IMG/VR virus record: IMGVR_UViG_3300033074_002003
Source: a virus
Length of the DNA stretch: 53,056 bases
Reading direction: 5' to 3' (one strand)
Position numbers and translations under genes: made by a program. The notes beneath the pieces are model-generated. The model had not been told where the DNA came from and did not search any database. It saw nothing but the letters and a program-made list of their open reading frames with translations. Below are positions 9,169 through 18,049 of this stretch, in pieces; within the stretch, counting starts at the first letter, position 1, and every line of letters begins with the position of its first letter.

Positions 9169-9720
9169 ATGGCAAAGTCAAAGAGAAAATTCACAGACGC
9201 TCAAAAGAGAGTGCTGCTTCTCAGCTGTAACTACGAGGTACTGAACTTCGTCTCGGACGTTCGCGCGATTCTCATGCTTACACGTGAGAAGGTGGACGTC
9301 ATCTCGCACTGGGACGATCACACTTTCAATACACCGAACGTCAAACTTCCGATTCCATCGATCATCCGTCTCAGATCGCCGATCCGTCGCAAGCACGGGC
9401 CCGTGCGGTATCACAGGATTGTAGTGTTTAGGAGAGATGGTTGGCGCTGCCAGTACTGCGGAATTACTGTCTCGAAGCGCGACGCGACCATCGATCACGT
9501 GAACCCACAGTGCAAGGGTGGGCGTACAAACTACAAGAACTGCGTCACCGCGTGTCGTGCTTGCAATCACAAGAAAGCGTTCAAGACACCCGAAGAAGTC
9601 GGAATGGCACTCATGTCAAAGCTCGAGATGCCGAACGTGCTTCACCTCTACAACATTGACGTGAGACACGGGTGGCACCCGTCATGGGACGATTTCATCG
9701 GGCACCTCAAGTCTACTTGA
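9169..9720 (+). CDS. HNH endonuclease
   Basis: 'GWRCQYCGITVSKRDATIDHVNPQCKGGRTNYKNCVTACRACNHKK' HNH/Zn-finger signature. Confidence 0.8.
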   Translation: MAKSKRKFTDAQKRVLLLSCNYEVLNFVSDVRAILMLTREKVDVISHWDDHTFNTPNVKLPIPSIIRLRSPIRRKHGPVRYHRIVVFRRDGWRCQYCGITVSKRDATIDHVNPQCKGGRTNYKNCVTACRACNHKKAFKTPEEVGMALMSKLEMPNVLHLYNIDVRHGWHPSWDDFIGHLKST

Positions 9721-9808
9721 GTGCCGCTCGTACGTCCCTACAAATTTCAGAATATCTGGCGTGTAGTTCGCGGTACAGGGGCCAATTTCCCCTAAGGAGA
9801 CGATCACA

Positions 9809-10072
9809 GTGAGCGTAAGATTCGGCACCAATGGTCTCGAGAAGTGCTTGGTTTTCGATATCGGGTCCAAACATCACATTCTTGAAGTACAAGCTGTCAG
9901 CAAACCCCTGCACAGTAGCGAAATCATTGACATTTCTTGTTTTCGCCCACTCGATGACTACAGACCGCTTTGCGTCGAACAGGATGCTGACGGATCTTTC
10001 ATGGTGGTTGCTCCCAAGAAGATTGATGACATAGTCGCGTGTGTGCTGCTCGACAAAGGATACGCCTCGTAG
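9809..10072 (+). CDS. hypothetical protein
   Basis: GTG start preceded by AAGGAG SD (9 nt); lower-GC island. Confidence 0.45.
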   Translation: MSVRFGTNGLEKCLVFDIGSKHHILEVQAVSKPLHSSEIIDISCFRPLDDYRPLCVEQDADGSFMVVAPKKIDDIVACVLLDKGYAS

Positions 10073-10136
10073 GCGATCTGAAAAGTAATCGTAGAGAGAC
10101 GTGTGAAGCTTCATTAAGATACATAGGAGTGAAATC

Positions 10137-10358
10137 GTGGAAAGAATCAATACGCTGCGCCAAGGGTTGGCACTTGCCAACGACGAGCCGATCCCGTTGA
10201 AGTTTGGAATCATGTTCCCACGCGGGAACATGGCGATCGTCGCAGGAGGGGCGTCACAGGTCTCGTACGAAAAGAAGACGTTCATCTGCCTCGACCTGAT
10301 GCCTCCGCACCTGCAAGAGCAGATCAATACGTTTATCGAATTCGCTTCGAAGCCCTGA
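10137..10358 (+). CDS. hypothetical protein
   Basis: GTG start preceded by AGGAG SD (8 nt); convergent with Dps-like gene. Confidence 0.45.
   Translation: MERINTLRQGLALANDEPIPLKFGIMFPRGNMAIVAGGASQVSYEKKTFICLDLMPPHLQEQINTFIEFASKP
10211..10232. repeat. perfect 9-bp inverted repeat CATGTTCCC-acgc-GGGAACATG
   Basis: read directly; lies inside ORF 10137..10358. Confidence 0.6.
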
Positions 10359-10361
10359 GCT

Positions 10362-10943
10362 TCAGCAGATCGAAGCGCGTCTAAGCAGGTATGACGCTCT
10401 CTCACGATCATCGATGAGCTGCGAAAGCATGTTGTCGATGCCCTTTGAGAGCGTGCCTGCCGACTCCATTTTCATGATCGCGTAGTTTGTAGCGCCCACG
10501 AGGCATTCCTCTGCTGCGAGGCTCAACCTCACGAGATCGGTGTCAGACGGTATCACAGACGTTTCCGAGCAGTAGATCGCCTTCATCCACTCTGTTACAG
10601 TCGCGACCAACCGAGCGACCCGCGTCATCTCGACGAGAGCAGCGCCGCCAGCTCCGACAGCCTTCTCAGCAACAGCGTCAACGTGCTCGAGCACCGATGA
10701 GTAGACGTCCTCAAACATCTTGTGATCGCCGAAGAAATCCTGCCCCCGTGCCTGCCAGTGGTGTGTCTGGTGAATGTGCGCGACACACTTGGTGAAGACA
10801 AGGACTGTCGCGAGCTCAGAGAACTGTGACTCCATGAACTCAATTTCGATTTTATCGAAAAGCTCTGTCACGTTCCTTGCCTGTGACTCTTCACCCGCTC
10901 CGACGACCGCAAACGTGTTGAACGGTGAGAACATTCGCTTCAT
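10362..10943 (-). CDS. Dps/ferritin-like protein
   Basis: 'HHWQARGQDFFGDHKMFEDVYSSVLEHVDAVAEKAVGAGG' matches Dps HWxxxGxxFxxxHxxFEE ferroxidase motif; AGGA SD before ATG (minus-strand start 10943). Confidence 0.6.
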   Translation of the reverse strand: MKRMFSPFNTFAVVGAGEESQARNVTELFDKIEIEFMESQFSELATVLVFTKCVAHIHQTHHWQARGQDFFGDHKMFEDVYSSVLEHVDAVAEKAVGAGGAALVEMTRVARLVATVTEWMKAIYCSETSVIPSDTDLVRLSLAAEECLVGATNYAIMKMESAGTLSKGIDNMLSQLIDDRERASYLLRRASIC

Positions 10944-11030
10944 GTCGATCCTACCTGTGCGAGTAAGTATCTCTCTTCTGGATACACTGTGTGAGCACAC
11001 CGTAAAATAACAGAAGGTTACCGTGACGCG

Positions 11031-11246
11031 ATGAAAATACACACGCGATTCATAGTTTACGTCGTGTTGGCATTTGTGTGTGCGGTGATCACAGCCGTGT
11101 CTGTCACCATTTGCATCGTTGCGCCGCACATGATGAAGCTTGTGTTCCCGTACGTCGTATTTTCGTGCGTCATCTCTGGATTTCTGATCGGAATGATCGT
11201 AACGAACATTTCGTTCATCTTCTACGGAAAGAAGAGTGATGTCTAA
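11031..11246 (+). CDS. small membrane protein (2 predicted TM helices)
   Basis: 71 aa, two hydrophobic stretches; overlaps start of next gene. Confidence 0.45.
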   Translation: MKIHTRFIVYVVLAFVCAVITAVSVTICIVAPHMMKLVFPYVVFSCVISGFLIGMIVTNISFIFYGKKSDV

Positions 11247-12219
11247 AACTGACACTAGGTCTATCGTCCTCGTCACCGGCGGCGCGGGATTTCTTGGTTC
11301 GCACATCTGTGACAGGTACAAGGACAAGTATCACGTTGTCGTCGTCGATAATTTCATGACAGGTAGGCGTGAGAACGTACCGGCGGGGTGTGAGGTCATC
11401 TCGATTGACGTCACGAGCAATCTCTTCCTCGAAGAGATGCGGATGCTGTATTACAAGCGCGATATCTCGAGGATCTTCAACTTTGCGTGTCCCGCTTCGC
11501 CACCGAAGTATCAGCTCGATCCCGTTCACACGATGATGACGTCTGTCGTCGGCACGAACAACACGCTGAAGCTTGCGCGCGATTTCGGTTCGATCTTCGT
11601 GCAAGCTTCAACGAGTGAGGTTTACGGCGATCCGGAAGTTTCTCCACAAGCAGAGTCGTATCGAGGTTGTGTCAATACGATCGGTCCCAGAGCGTGTTAC
11701 GACGAGGGCAAGCGCGCCGCCGAAGCTCTGTGCTACGACTACGCTCGAATGGGCACCAACGTGAGGGTCGCTCGAATCTTCAACACTTACGGTCCGAGAA
11801 TGGATGTCGATGACGGTCGCGTCGTCACGAATTTCGTGAAGCAGGCGCTGCTCGGCGACGACATCACGATCTACGGTGATGGTTCGCAGACACGATCGTT
11901 CTGCTATGTCAGGGACCTCATTGACGGCATCGTTGGCCTCGCTGAGACACTGAGCCCGCCTCAGCACCCCGTGAACATCGGAAATCCCACCGAGTTCACA
12001 GTTCGTGAGCTTGCAGACAAGGTGCTCGAGCTGCTACCAGAATCAAAGTCAAAGATCGTCATGTGTGATCTCCCGACTGACGATCCGAAGCAGCGCAAAC
12101 CCGACATTGGTTGTGCCGAGAAGTACCTCGGGTGGAAAGCCGGAATTAAGTTGGGTTGGGGACTGTCGATGATGATCGATTACGTTCGTGATGAACTGAA
12201 AAGGATGGGACGCCTGTGA
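11236..12219 (+). CDS. UDP-glucuronate decarboxylase (UDP-xylose synthase)-like SDR
   Basis: 'LVTGGAGFLGSHICDR' Rossmann, 'ASTSEVYGDPEVSPQAESY...GPRACYDEGKRAAEALCYDY' (YxxxK) closely matches UXS/dTDP-glucose-dehydratase-type extended SDRs. Confidence 0.7.
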   Translation: MMSKTDTRSIVLVTGGAGFLGSHICDRYKDKYHVVVVDNFMTGRRENVPAGCEVISIDVTSNLFLEEMRMLYYKRDISRIFNFACPASPPKYQLDPVHTMMTSVVGTNNTLKLARDFGSIFVQASTSEVYGDPEVSPQAESYRGCVNTIGPRACYDEGKRAAEALCYDYARMGTNVRVARIFNTYGPRMDVDDGRVVTNFVKQALLGDDITIYGDGSQTRSFCYVRDLIDGIVGLAETLSPPQHPVNIGNPTEFTVRELADKVLELLPESKSKIVMCDLPTDDPKQRKPDIGCAEKYLGWKAGIKLGWGLSMMIDYVRDELKRMGRL

Positions 12220-12431
12220 AATCTCTGACCCTCAAGCAGTTTGCAGACTACTGTCAGCTCGTGATGTCGGTTACGGGCGCCGTTGCTTCCGCGTCGAAAC
12301 TTGTCGGCGTCATTCAGGCGCGCCGTGGCAAGAAGAAGTTGAAGTATGTGATCGATGTCGAGGGTCTCACCGAAGAGCAGGTTATCGAAGCCTACCGCGA
12401 GCTGATGTCCCGTTCTGTCGCGGCAAAGTGA
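12216..12431 (+). CDS. hypothetical protein
   Basis: 71-aa ORF overlapping previous stop. Confidence 0.35.
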   Translation: MKSLTLKQFADYCQLVMSVTGAVASASKLVGVIQARRGKKKLKYVIDVEGLTEEQVIEAYRELMSRSVAAK

Positions 12432-12465
12432 ACTTTTTCTCCCCTCGGTAGAGGATCGGAGTCCG

Positions 12466-15400
12466 ATGTCTCGAGTTCCCAATCGGTTCTTTGGGTTGCA
12501 CGCCCACACTAGCGTGGGTAGCCCGTATGATGGGCTGGGATACCCTCCCGAGCATTTTGATTTCGCCATCCAGAACGGGATGGACGGGATGGCGATCACA
12601 GACCACGGGAACATGAACTCGTTCTCGCACGCCTACATGGCAGCCGAGGCGCTTCACAAGAAGGGCGTACACTTCAAGTACGTTCCTGGGTGTGAACTTT
12701 ACCTGCATCCCGATCTCGAGGAGTGGCGCAAAGAGAAGCTCCTTGACGAAGAGCTCAAAGGGATGAAGAAAGAGGCCGAGAAAGCTCGGAAAGCCTCTCG
12801 AGAGAAGGTTGTGACGCCCATCGAGGTCGAGACAGACGAGGCGGGTGAGGTGATCGATGTCACCAACGCGCTCACGATCGAAAACGAGGATGAATCGAAA
12901 TCGCAGAAGTTCTTCAATCCCATCAATCGCAGGCACCATCTCGTGGTCCTCCCACGAACTTCGGAAGGCCTTCAGAGGCTCTTTAACCTCGTGTCGATGG
13001 GATACATGGATGGCTTCTATCGATTCCCGCGGGTCGATTATTCGATGTTGCGCGCTCTCTCGGAGCGCGAACACTTCATTGTCAGCACCGCTTGTATTGC
13101 GGGCGTCCTGAATTTCGAGGTGCTGTCTGAGCTCCGCGGCGTGCCGTTCGAAGAGCTTCACCCACGTCTCTTGGACGATCCGAACCTCATGGCGCGTGTG
13201 CAGAGTAACATCGGCAACGCAGTCGATCGCCTTGCCGATTCTGTGGGCCGAGACAACCTCTTTGTCGAGGTACAGTTCAACAAGCTCGGTGCGCAGCACG
13301 TCTGCAACCGAGCGCTCATTGAGTTTGCGTCGCGGAACGGGTTCAAGCTCCTCGCGACAGCGGACTCTCACTACTTCAAGCCGGAAGTCTGGAAAGAGCG
13401 CGAGATCTACAAGAAGCTCGGCTGGCTGAACTACACCGACATTGATCCATCGAGCCTGCCAAAGAGCGTCGATGACCTGAAGTGCGAGCTCTACCCGAAG
13501 AACGCCTCCCAGATGTGGGAGGAGTACAAGAAGGGCAAGGGCGACCTCTCTTTCTACGACGATGACACGATCTGCGACGCCATCGAGCGCTCGCACGACC
13601 TCGCGCACCAGATCATCGGCGACATCAAGCCAGATCGCTCGATGAAGCTGCCCTCTTACGTCGTCCCTGAGGGAAAGACGGCAATGAAGGCGCTCATGGA
13701 CGAGTGCAGAAGCGGGATGATTTCGCTCGGTATTGCGAACAAACCCGAATACGTCGAGAGGCTGAAGCACGAGCTCAAAGTCCTCAAAGAACTGAAGGAT
13801 AAGGACAAGGACTTCTCGATCTACTTCCTGACGCTGAAGGCGATCCTTGACGTCGCACGAGAGAAGATGCTTCTCGGTCCCGGCCGCGGGTCGGGTGCCG
13901 GCTCCCTCATCTGTTACTGCCTCAGGATCACAGACGTAGATCCCATCAAGTTCGAGCTTCTGTTCGAGCGATTCCTCAACATTCACCGCGCCGAGCCGCC
14001 CGATATCGACACCGACGTCGCCGATCGAGATATGCTGTTGGGTCTCCTTCGCGAGAGATTCGGCAGTGACAACGTCATCCCAATCTCCAACTACAACACG
14101 TTCAAGCTCAAGACGCTCGTGAAGGACGTCGCGCGGTTCTACGGCGTTCCGTTCGAAGAGGCGGGCGCTGCTACGAAGACGGTCGACGAGGACGTTCGAA
14201 AGGCCGTGCTGAAGCACGGCATGGACAAAAACCTTTTCGTTCTTACGTACGAGGACGCGCTGAAGCACAGCCCGCCGTTTCGCGAGTTCCTCGAGAAGTA
14301 TCCACACGTCGCCGAGCCGATGCAGGTTCTCTTCAAACAGAACAAGGCACTCGGTCGACACGCGGGAGGTGTGATCGTCTCCGAGAAGATCAAGGAGCGT
14401 ATGCCCCTGATCACCTCAAAGGGAGAACCTCAGACACCGTGGGTCGAGGGGCTCAATTACAAGCACCTCGAAGAGTTCGGATGGGTGAAATTTGACCTGC
14501 TCGGCCTCGAAACGCTGCGAATCATTGCGCGAGCGATCGAGCTGATCCTGAAGCGTCGCTGCGGGATCGATCACCCGACCTTTGCGGATGTGAAGAAGTG
14601 GTTCGAAGAGAACATGTCCCCGCAAGTCATCGACTTTGACGATCCACACGTTTACGATCGCGTCTATAATGCTGGCAGGTGGGCGGGCGTATTTCAGCTC
14701 ACCGAATCGGGTGCGCAGAGGTTGTTCACGCGGGCGAAGCCAATGTGTCTCAATGACATTGCGGCTCTCACTTCAGTATACCGTCCAGGACCGCTCGCAG
14801 CGGGCGTCGATGACCTCTACATCGATGCGAAGAACGTGAAGCCGTACGACTGGGGGCACCCACTCATCAACGCGACGCTCGCGCCGACGTACGGGCTCAT
14901 CATCTTCCAGGAGCAGGTGATGCAGCTCGCGCACGAAATCGGCGGGTTCCCACTCGATGAGTGTGACAAGGTGCGCAAGGCGATCATGAAGCGCTCGATC
15001 TCGGGCGGCGACGAGGCGAAGAAGAAGGCCCAGGAGCTCAAAGAGAAGTTCGTGAAGGGCGCAGTCACGAAGGGAATCCCGGAAAGCATCGCCGACAACC
15101 TCTACGAGAAGATCCTGTACTTCGCTGGGTACGGTTTCAACAAGTCGCACGCGATCTCGTATGCAATGGATTCGTTCTGGTGCGCGTGGTTGATGACGTA
15201 CTACGAGCCCGAGTGGCTGTGCGCGTACCTCGAGTCGAAGTCAGGAAATCCTGATGACCGCGCGAAGGCATTCGGCGAGGTGAAGAGCCTCGGGTACGAG
15301 ATCGTTCCGATCGATATCAGCTACGCGACGAGCGGGTGGACGATCATCGACGGCAAGAAGTTCATGCCCTCGATGTCATCGTGTAACGGTGTCGGTGGCA

Positions 15401-16065
15401 CTGCCCTCGAAGAGCTCGAGAGCATGCGACCCTTCTCGTCTCTGAAGGAGATCCTGTGGCACGAGGACGGGAAGTGGCGACCCAGCAAGTTTAACAAGAA
15501 GGCGCTCGAGTCCCTCATCAAAATCAGGGCGTTCGAGTCACTCGATATCGTTGGTGAGGGCAAGCTCTTCGAGTCGTACAAGCAAATGCATGCCGTCCTC
15601 ATCGAAGGGTCCGTAGAGATCAAGAAGAGCGGCAAGCGCGATCCTTTCTGCGGGCAGAAGGCGTTCGAGGCCCTCATTGAATCAACGAAGGGCATCGGTG
15701 AGTGGACCAAACGGGAGCTCGCCGAATTCTCTCGTGAGGTGCTGGGTTCAACTGACGTCGGACTCTTGGTGACACCGGCAACGCAGGACCGCCTCGCCGA
15801 GAAGGGTGTGCGACCCATCGACGCCTGGGACAAGAAGGACCTCTACTGGGCCGTAATCACCGACTGTGTCGTGAAGAAGACGAAGAAAGGCAAGGACTAC
15901 CTCCTCTTCAAGCTGATGGGTGTCGGTGGCAAGGACGTAAAGTGCTTCTGTTGGGGTTGGAAGGGCGACAAGATGTACGTGCCCAACACACCCATCGTCT
16001 TGGAACTAGAGAAGGGCGACTTCGGTTTCTCGACGCAGGCATGGCGCGTGCGGGAGATCAAGTGA
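12466..16065 (+). CDS. dnaE: DNA polymerase III alpha subunit (DnaE-type, PHP + polymerase core)
   Basis: N-terminal PHP 'GLHAHTSVGSPYDGLG', polymerase 'LGPGRGSGAGSLICYCLRITDVDP', 'FNKSHA', 1199 aa. Confidence 0.9.
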   Translation: MSRVPNRFFGLHAHTSVGSPYDGLGYPPEHFDFAIQNGMDGMAITDHGNMNSFSHAYMAAEALHKKGVHFKYVPGCELYLHPDLEEWRKEKLLDEELKGMKKEAEKARKASREKVVTPIEVETDEAGEVIDVTNALTIENEDESKSQKFFNPINRRHHLVVLPRTSEGLQRLFNLVSMGYMDGFYRFPRVDYSMLRALSEREHFIVSTACIAGVLNFEVLSELRGVPFEELHPRLLDDPNLMARVQSNIGNAVDRLADSVGRDNLFVEVQFNKLGAQHVCNRALIEFASRNGFKLLATADSHYFKPEVWKEREIYKKLGWLNYTDIDPSSLPKSVDDLKCELYPKNASQMWEEYKKGKGDLSFYDDDTICDAIERSHDLAHQIIGDIKPDRSMKLPSYVVPEGKTAMKALMDECRSGMISLGIANKPEYVERLKHELKVLKELKDKDKDFSIYFLTLKAILDVAREKMLLGPGRGSGAGSLICYCLRITDVDPIKFELLFERFLNIHRAEPPDIDTDVADRDMLLGLLRERFGSDNVIPISNYNTFKLKTLVKDVARFYGVPFEEAGAATKTVDEDVRKAVLKHGMDKNLFVLTYEDALKHSPPFREFLEKYPHVAEPMQVLFKQNKALGRHAGGVIVSEKIKERMPLITSKGEPQTPWVEGLNYKHLEEFGWVKFDLLGLETLRIIARAIELILKRRCGIDHPTFADVKKWFEENMSPQVIDFDDPHVYDRVYNAGRWAGVFQLTESGAQRLFTRAKPMCLNDIAALTSVYRPGPLAAGVDDLYIDAKNVKPYDWGHPLINATLAPTYGLIIFQEQVMQLAHEIGGFPLDECDKVRKAIMKRSISGGDEAKKKAQELKEKFVKGAVTKGIPESIADNLYEKILYFAGYGFNKSHAISYAMDSFWCAWLMTYYEPEWLCAYLESKSGNPDDRAKAFGEVKSLGYEIVPIDISYATSGWTIIDGKKFMPSMSSCNGVGGTALEELESMRPFSSLKEILWHEDGKWRPSKFNKKALESLIKIRAFESLDIVGEGKLFESYKQMHAVLIEGSVEIKKSGKRDPFCGQKAFEALIESTKGIGEWTKRELAEFSREVLGSTDVGLLVTPATQDRLAEKGVRPIDAWDKKDLYWAVITDCVVKKTKKGKDYLLFKLMGVGGKDVKCFCWGWKGDKMYVPNTPIVLELEKGDFGFSTQAWRVREIK

Positions 16066-16193
16066 TGAGGCGCTGGGATATCGCAACACTGTTGATTGTC
16101 GTGTCGCTCGCTGTCGGATCGCTGTCAAATGACGCCACCCGCGCGCAGGGTGTCATTGTCGGAATTTGCTGCGCGGTACTGGGAATAAAATGA
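16066..16193 (+). CDS. possible small membrane peptide (42 aa)
   Basis: ATG directly follows dnaE TGA (TGATG); 'IATLLIVVSLAVGSL' hydrophobic helix. Confidence 0.25.
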
Positions 16194-16202
16194 GCGCCGC
16201 TG

Positions 16203-16580
16203 TCAATCTTCAAATACGACCTGTTCAAGAGCAGTTACTGGAATTCGATCGGGTGTCCAATACGCACCGTCACCCGCGTCAAGATCGTGGTAGAAAACAG
16301 TGCCAGTGGGCAATTTGTTGACGTGGACAATAAAAGCTTCGCTTTGCCCAGCGTGGCCGATTATGTCATACATGTCGAGAGCTTCCCTTAGACTATCCAT
16401 GAAGAAAATTGCCGGAACGGGTGTGTCCCAGTTGTTGTAGGGTATCAATCCGTTCTGAAGAATTAGAGGAACATTTCGCGAGGATGTAGCGTGATAGAGC
16501 ATGTCAGGAACATTCTTCGCTTTTTTCATCTCCATTGTTTCTCTAATGAGTTTTCGAAGTTCGTTGAGCGAAATTTTCAT
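16203..16580 (-). CDS. hypothetical protein with N-terminal leader 'MKISLNELRKLIRETM' (paralog family member B)
   Basis: internal ATG at 16580 gives leader matching 7793 and 47867 genes; 'LYHATSSRNVPLILQNGL' region. Confidence 0.5.
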   Translation of the reverse strand: MKISLNELRKLIRETMEMKKAKNVPDMLYHATSSRNVPLILQNGLIPYNNWDTPVPAIFFMDSLREALDMYDIIGHAGQSEAFIVHVNKLPTGTVFYHDLDAGDGAYWTPDRIPVTALEQVVFED

Positions 16581-16612
16581 GCATTTAGGTATGTGAACAG
16601 GAGTCGGTACTA

Positions 16613-16933
16613 ATGAGCGCAAAATTTGAGAACGAAACGCATCTTACGCGCGAGCAATTTGTCGAGCTGCTGCACTCTGACGTCGATGCGTTCAGATGGC
16701 CACAAGACGACATGAAGCAGACATTCAGGGCGTGGATGAAGGAGTTCGTCACTGCCTCTCCGTGCATGCCCTACACGTTCATGAAGTGTGAGAAAGAGTC
16801 AAACAAGGACGTTCACACAGAGCACTGCTGTGTGCACCACGGGTGCAAATACAGCGATGCTGACTGCACTGTTGCGAAGGGGACGAAGTCACAATCATAC
16901 CCATGTGAGTGGTGCAACGAAGAGACGTGGTGA
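16613..16933 (+). CDS. hypothetical Cys-rich protein
   Basis: AGGAG SD 10 nt before ATG; 'CCVHHGCKYSDADC...CEWC'. Confidence 0.45.
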   Translation: MSAKFENETHLTREQFVELLHSDVDAFRWPQDDMKQTFRAWMKEFVTASPCMPYTFMKCEKESNKDVHTEHCCVHHGCKYSDADCTVAKGTKSQSYPCEWCNEETW

Positions 16934-16947
16934 AGGAGGCGCACGTG

Positions 16948-17193
16948 GGATATCACAAGAAGAAAATCGATCGGTACCCGTTCGGGACCGCGTACAAGAT
17001 CAAGGAAGAGTGCGAAGAGCTGCTCGATGCTTACGAACAGCAAGCGTCTATCCTGATGTTGTGTGAGCTCGCTGACCTCTACGGCGCGATGGAGGGATTT
17101 CTCACCGAGAGGTTTCCAGGCATCGGGATGAGCGACATCAGACAGATGTCTAACCTCACAAGGTCAGCCTTCCTCGAGGGAGAGCGAAAATGA
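16948..17193 (+). CDS. MazG-like nucleotide pyrophosphohydrolase (small all-alpha NTP-PPase)
   Basis: GAAGGAGG SD 5 nt before GTG 16948; 'KIKEECEELLDAYEQ...LCELADLYGAMEGF' MazG-like EExxE pattern. Confidence 0.5.
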   Translation, partial: GYHKKKIDRYPFGTAYKIKEECEELLDAYEQQASILMLCELADLYGAMEGFLTERFPGIGMSDIRQMSNLTRSAFLEGERK

Positions 17194-17378
17194 GAGCTGT
17201 GTTTCTCGCGTGCATTCTGCTCCTCATCTGTGGGTGTCAACAAAGCGGTGTGGGGAGGTGTGCGGAAGCGTGTCGTGTGTCTGGTGGGGCGATGCAGTTG
17301 TATTCCGGATTCACTGGTGAGTGCATCTGCACACCCAACACAATTCCGGCGCCCTCACAGTCGCAGGTGCCAAAGTGA
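17190..17378 (+). CDS. small lipoprotein
   Basis: signal peptide + lipobox 'LLLICGC'; ATGA overlap with upstream gene. Confidence 0.45.
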   Translation: MRAVFLACILLLICGCQQSGVGRCAEACRVSGGAMQLYSGFTGECICTPNTIPAPSQSQVPK

Positions 17379-18040
17379 AAGGGAACGTCTGGGAGTACAT
17401 CTCACAGTCGATAAATCTCTACCAGAACGCCGGGTACGAGTACATCGACGTCCCGTGGATCGTCACTCGTGAGGCACTCGCGGTTACATTGCCTCCCTAC
17501 AAGACGGGATTCAGTATCTTTGAGACCATACGTCTCAACAGCGAAGCGAATTGTCTCGTGGGTTCTGCGGAGCAATCGTTCATTGACATGATGATTTCCG
17601 GACACCCAGCGATGCGGGCGGGCGGTCGCTATGTTGCTGCATCTCCCTGCTTCAGGGACGACGCGCCCGACGAACTTCACAAGACGTGGTTCTTCAAGGT
17701 CGAGCTCATTGACGTGTTCCCGAGCGCTCTTACTCGCGTCGGTCCGAAGCGCGAGGAGGCGTGGAGAATGTGCAACACCGCACTGCGGGTGATGAGGGAC
17801 GTCGCGGGAGCGGTTGACGATGAGATGAAGATCGTCGAGACGCCCGAGGGCTTCGATATCGAATACTGCGGCATCGAAGTGGGTTCGTACGGCGTCCGTG
17901 AGCTCAATCATCCCAAAGCGAAGTACGAGTGGGTTTACGGTACAGGGATGGCGATTCCGAGGTTTCAGATCGCGTCCGATATTCACCTGAAAGAATCTCG
18001 TAAGTACTGGGACAGATTTGTTGAGCCTACATCGGAATAG
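17375..18040 (+). CDS. class-II aminoacyl-tRNA-synthetase-like catalytic core protein (AsnA/EpmA/HisZ-like paralog)
   Basis: 'ASPCFRDDAPDELHKTWFFKVELI' matches class II motif 2 (fRxE...H..eF..lE); GTGA start/stop overlap with lipoprotein gene. Confidence 0.5.
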   Translation: MKGNVWEYISQSINLYQNAGYEYIDVPWIVTREALAVTLPPYKTGFSIFETIRLNSEANCLVGSAEQSFIDMMISGHPAMRAGGRYVAASPCFRDDAPDELHKTWFFKVELIDVFPSALTRVGPKREEAWRMCNTALRVMRDVAGAVDDEMKIVETPEGFDIEYCGIEVGSYGVRELNHPKAKYEWVYGTGMAIPRFQIASDIHLKESRKYWDRFVEPTSE

Positions 18041-18049
18041 TTAGGGTTT

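Noticed and set aside
9713-10411. 232-aa minus-strand ORF
   Set aside because: overlaps two + strand ORFs that each have near-consensus Shine-Dalgarno sequences and overlaps the 3' end of the Dps-like gene; part of its apparent conservation is just the palindrome at 10211-10232 read on both strands
10944-11327. 5' extension of the ORF containing the Dps-like gene
   Set aside because: extension has low-complexity His/Arg-rich translation and overlaps an SD-less region and the + strand small membrane-protein gene; the SD-preceded ATG at 10943 is the better start
12382-14361. 659-aa ORF on minus strand
   Set aside because: entirely antisense to the well-supported DnaE gene; high-GC antisense frames commonly stay open; no motif
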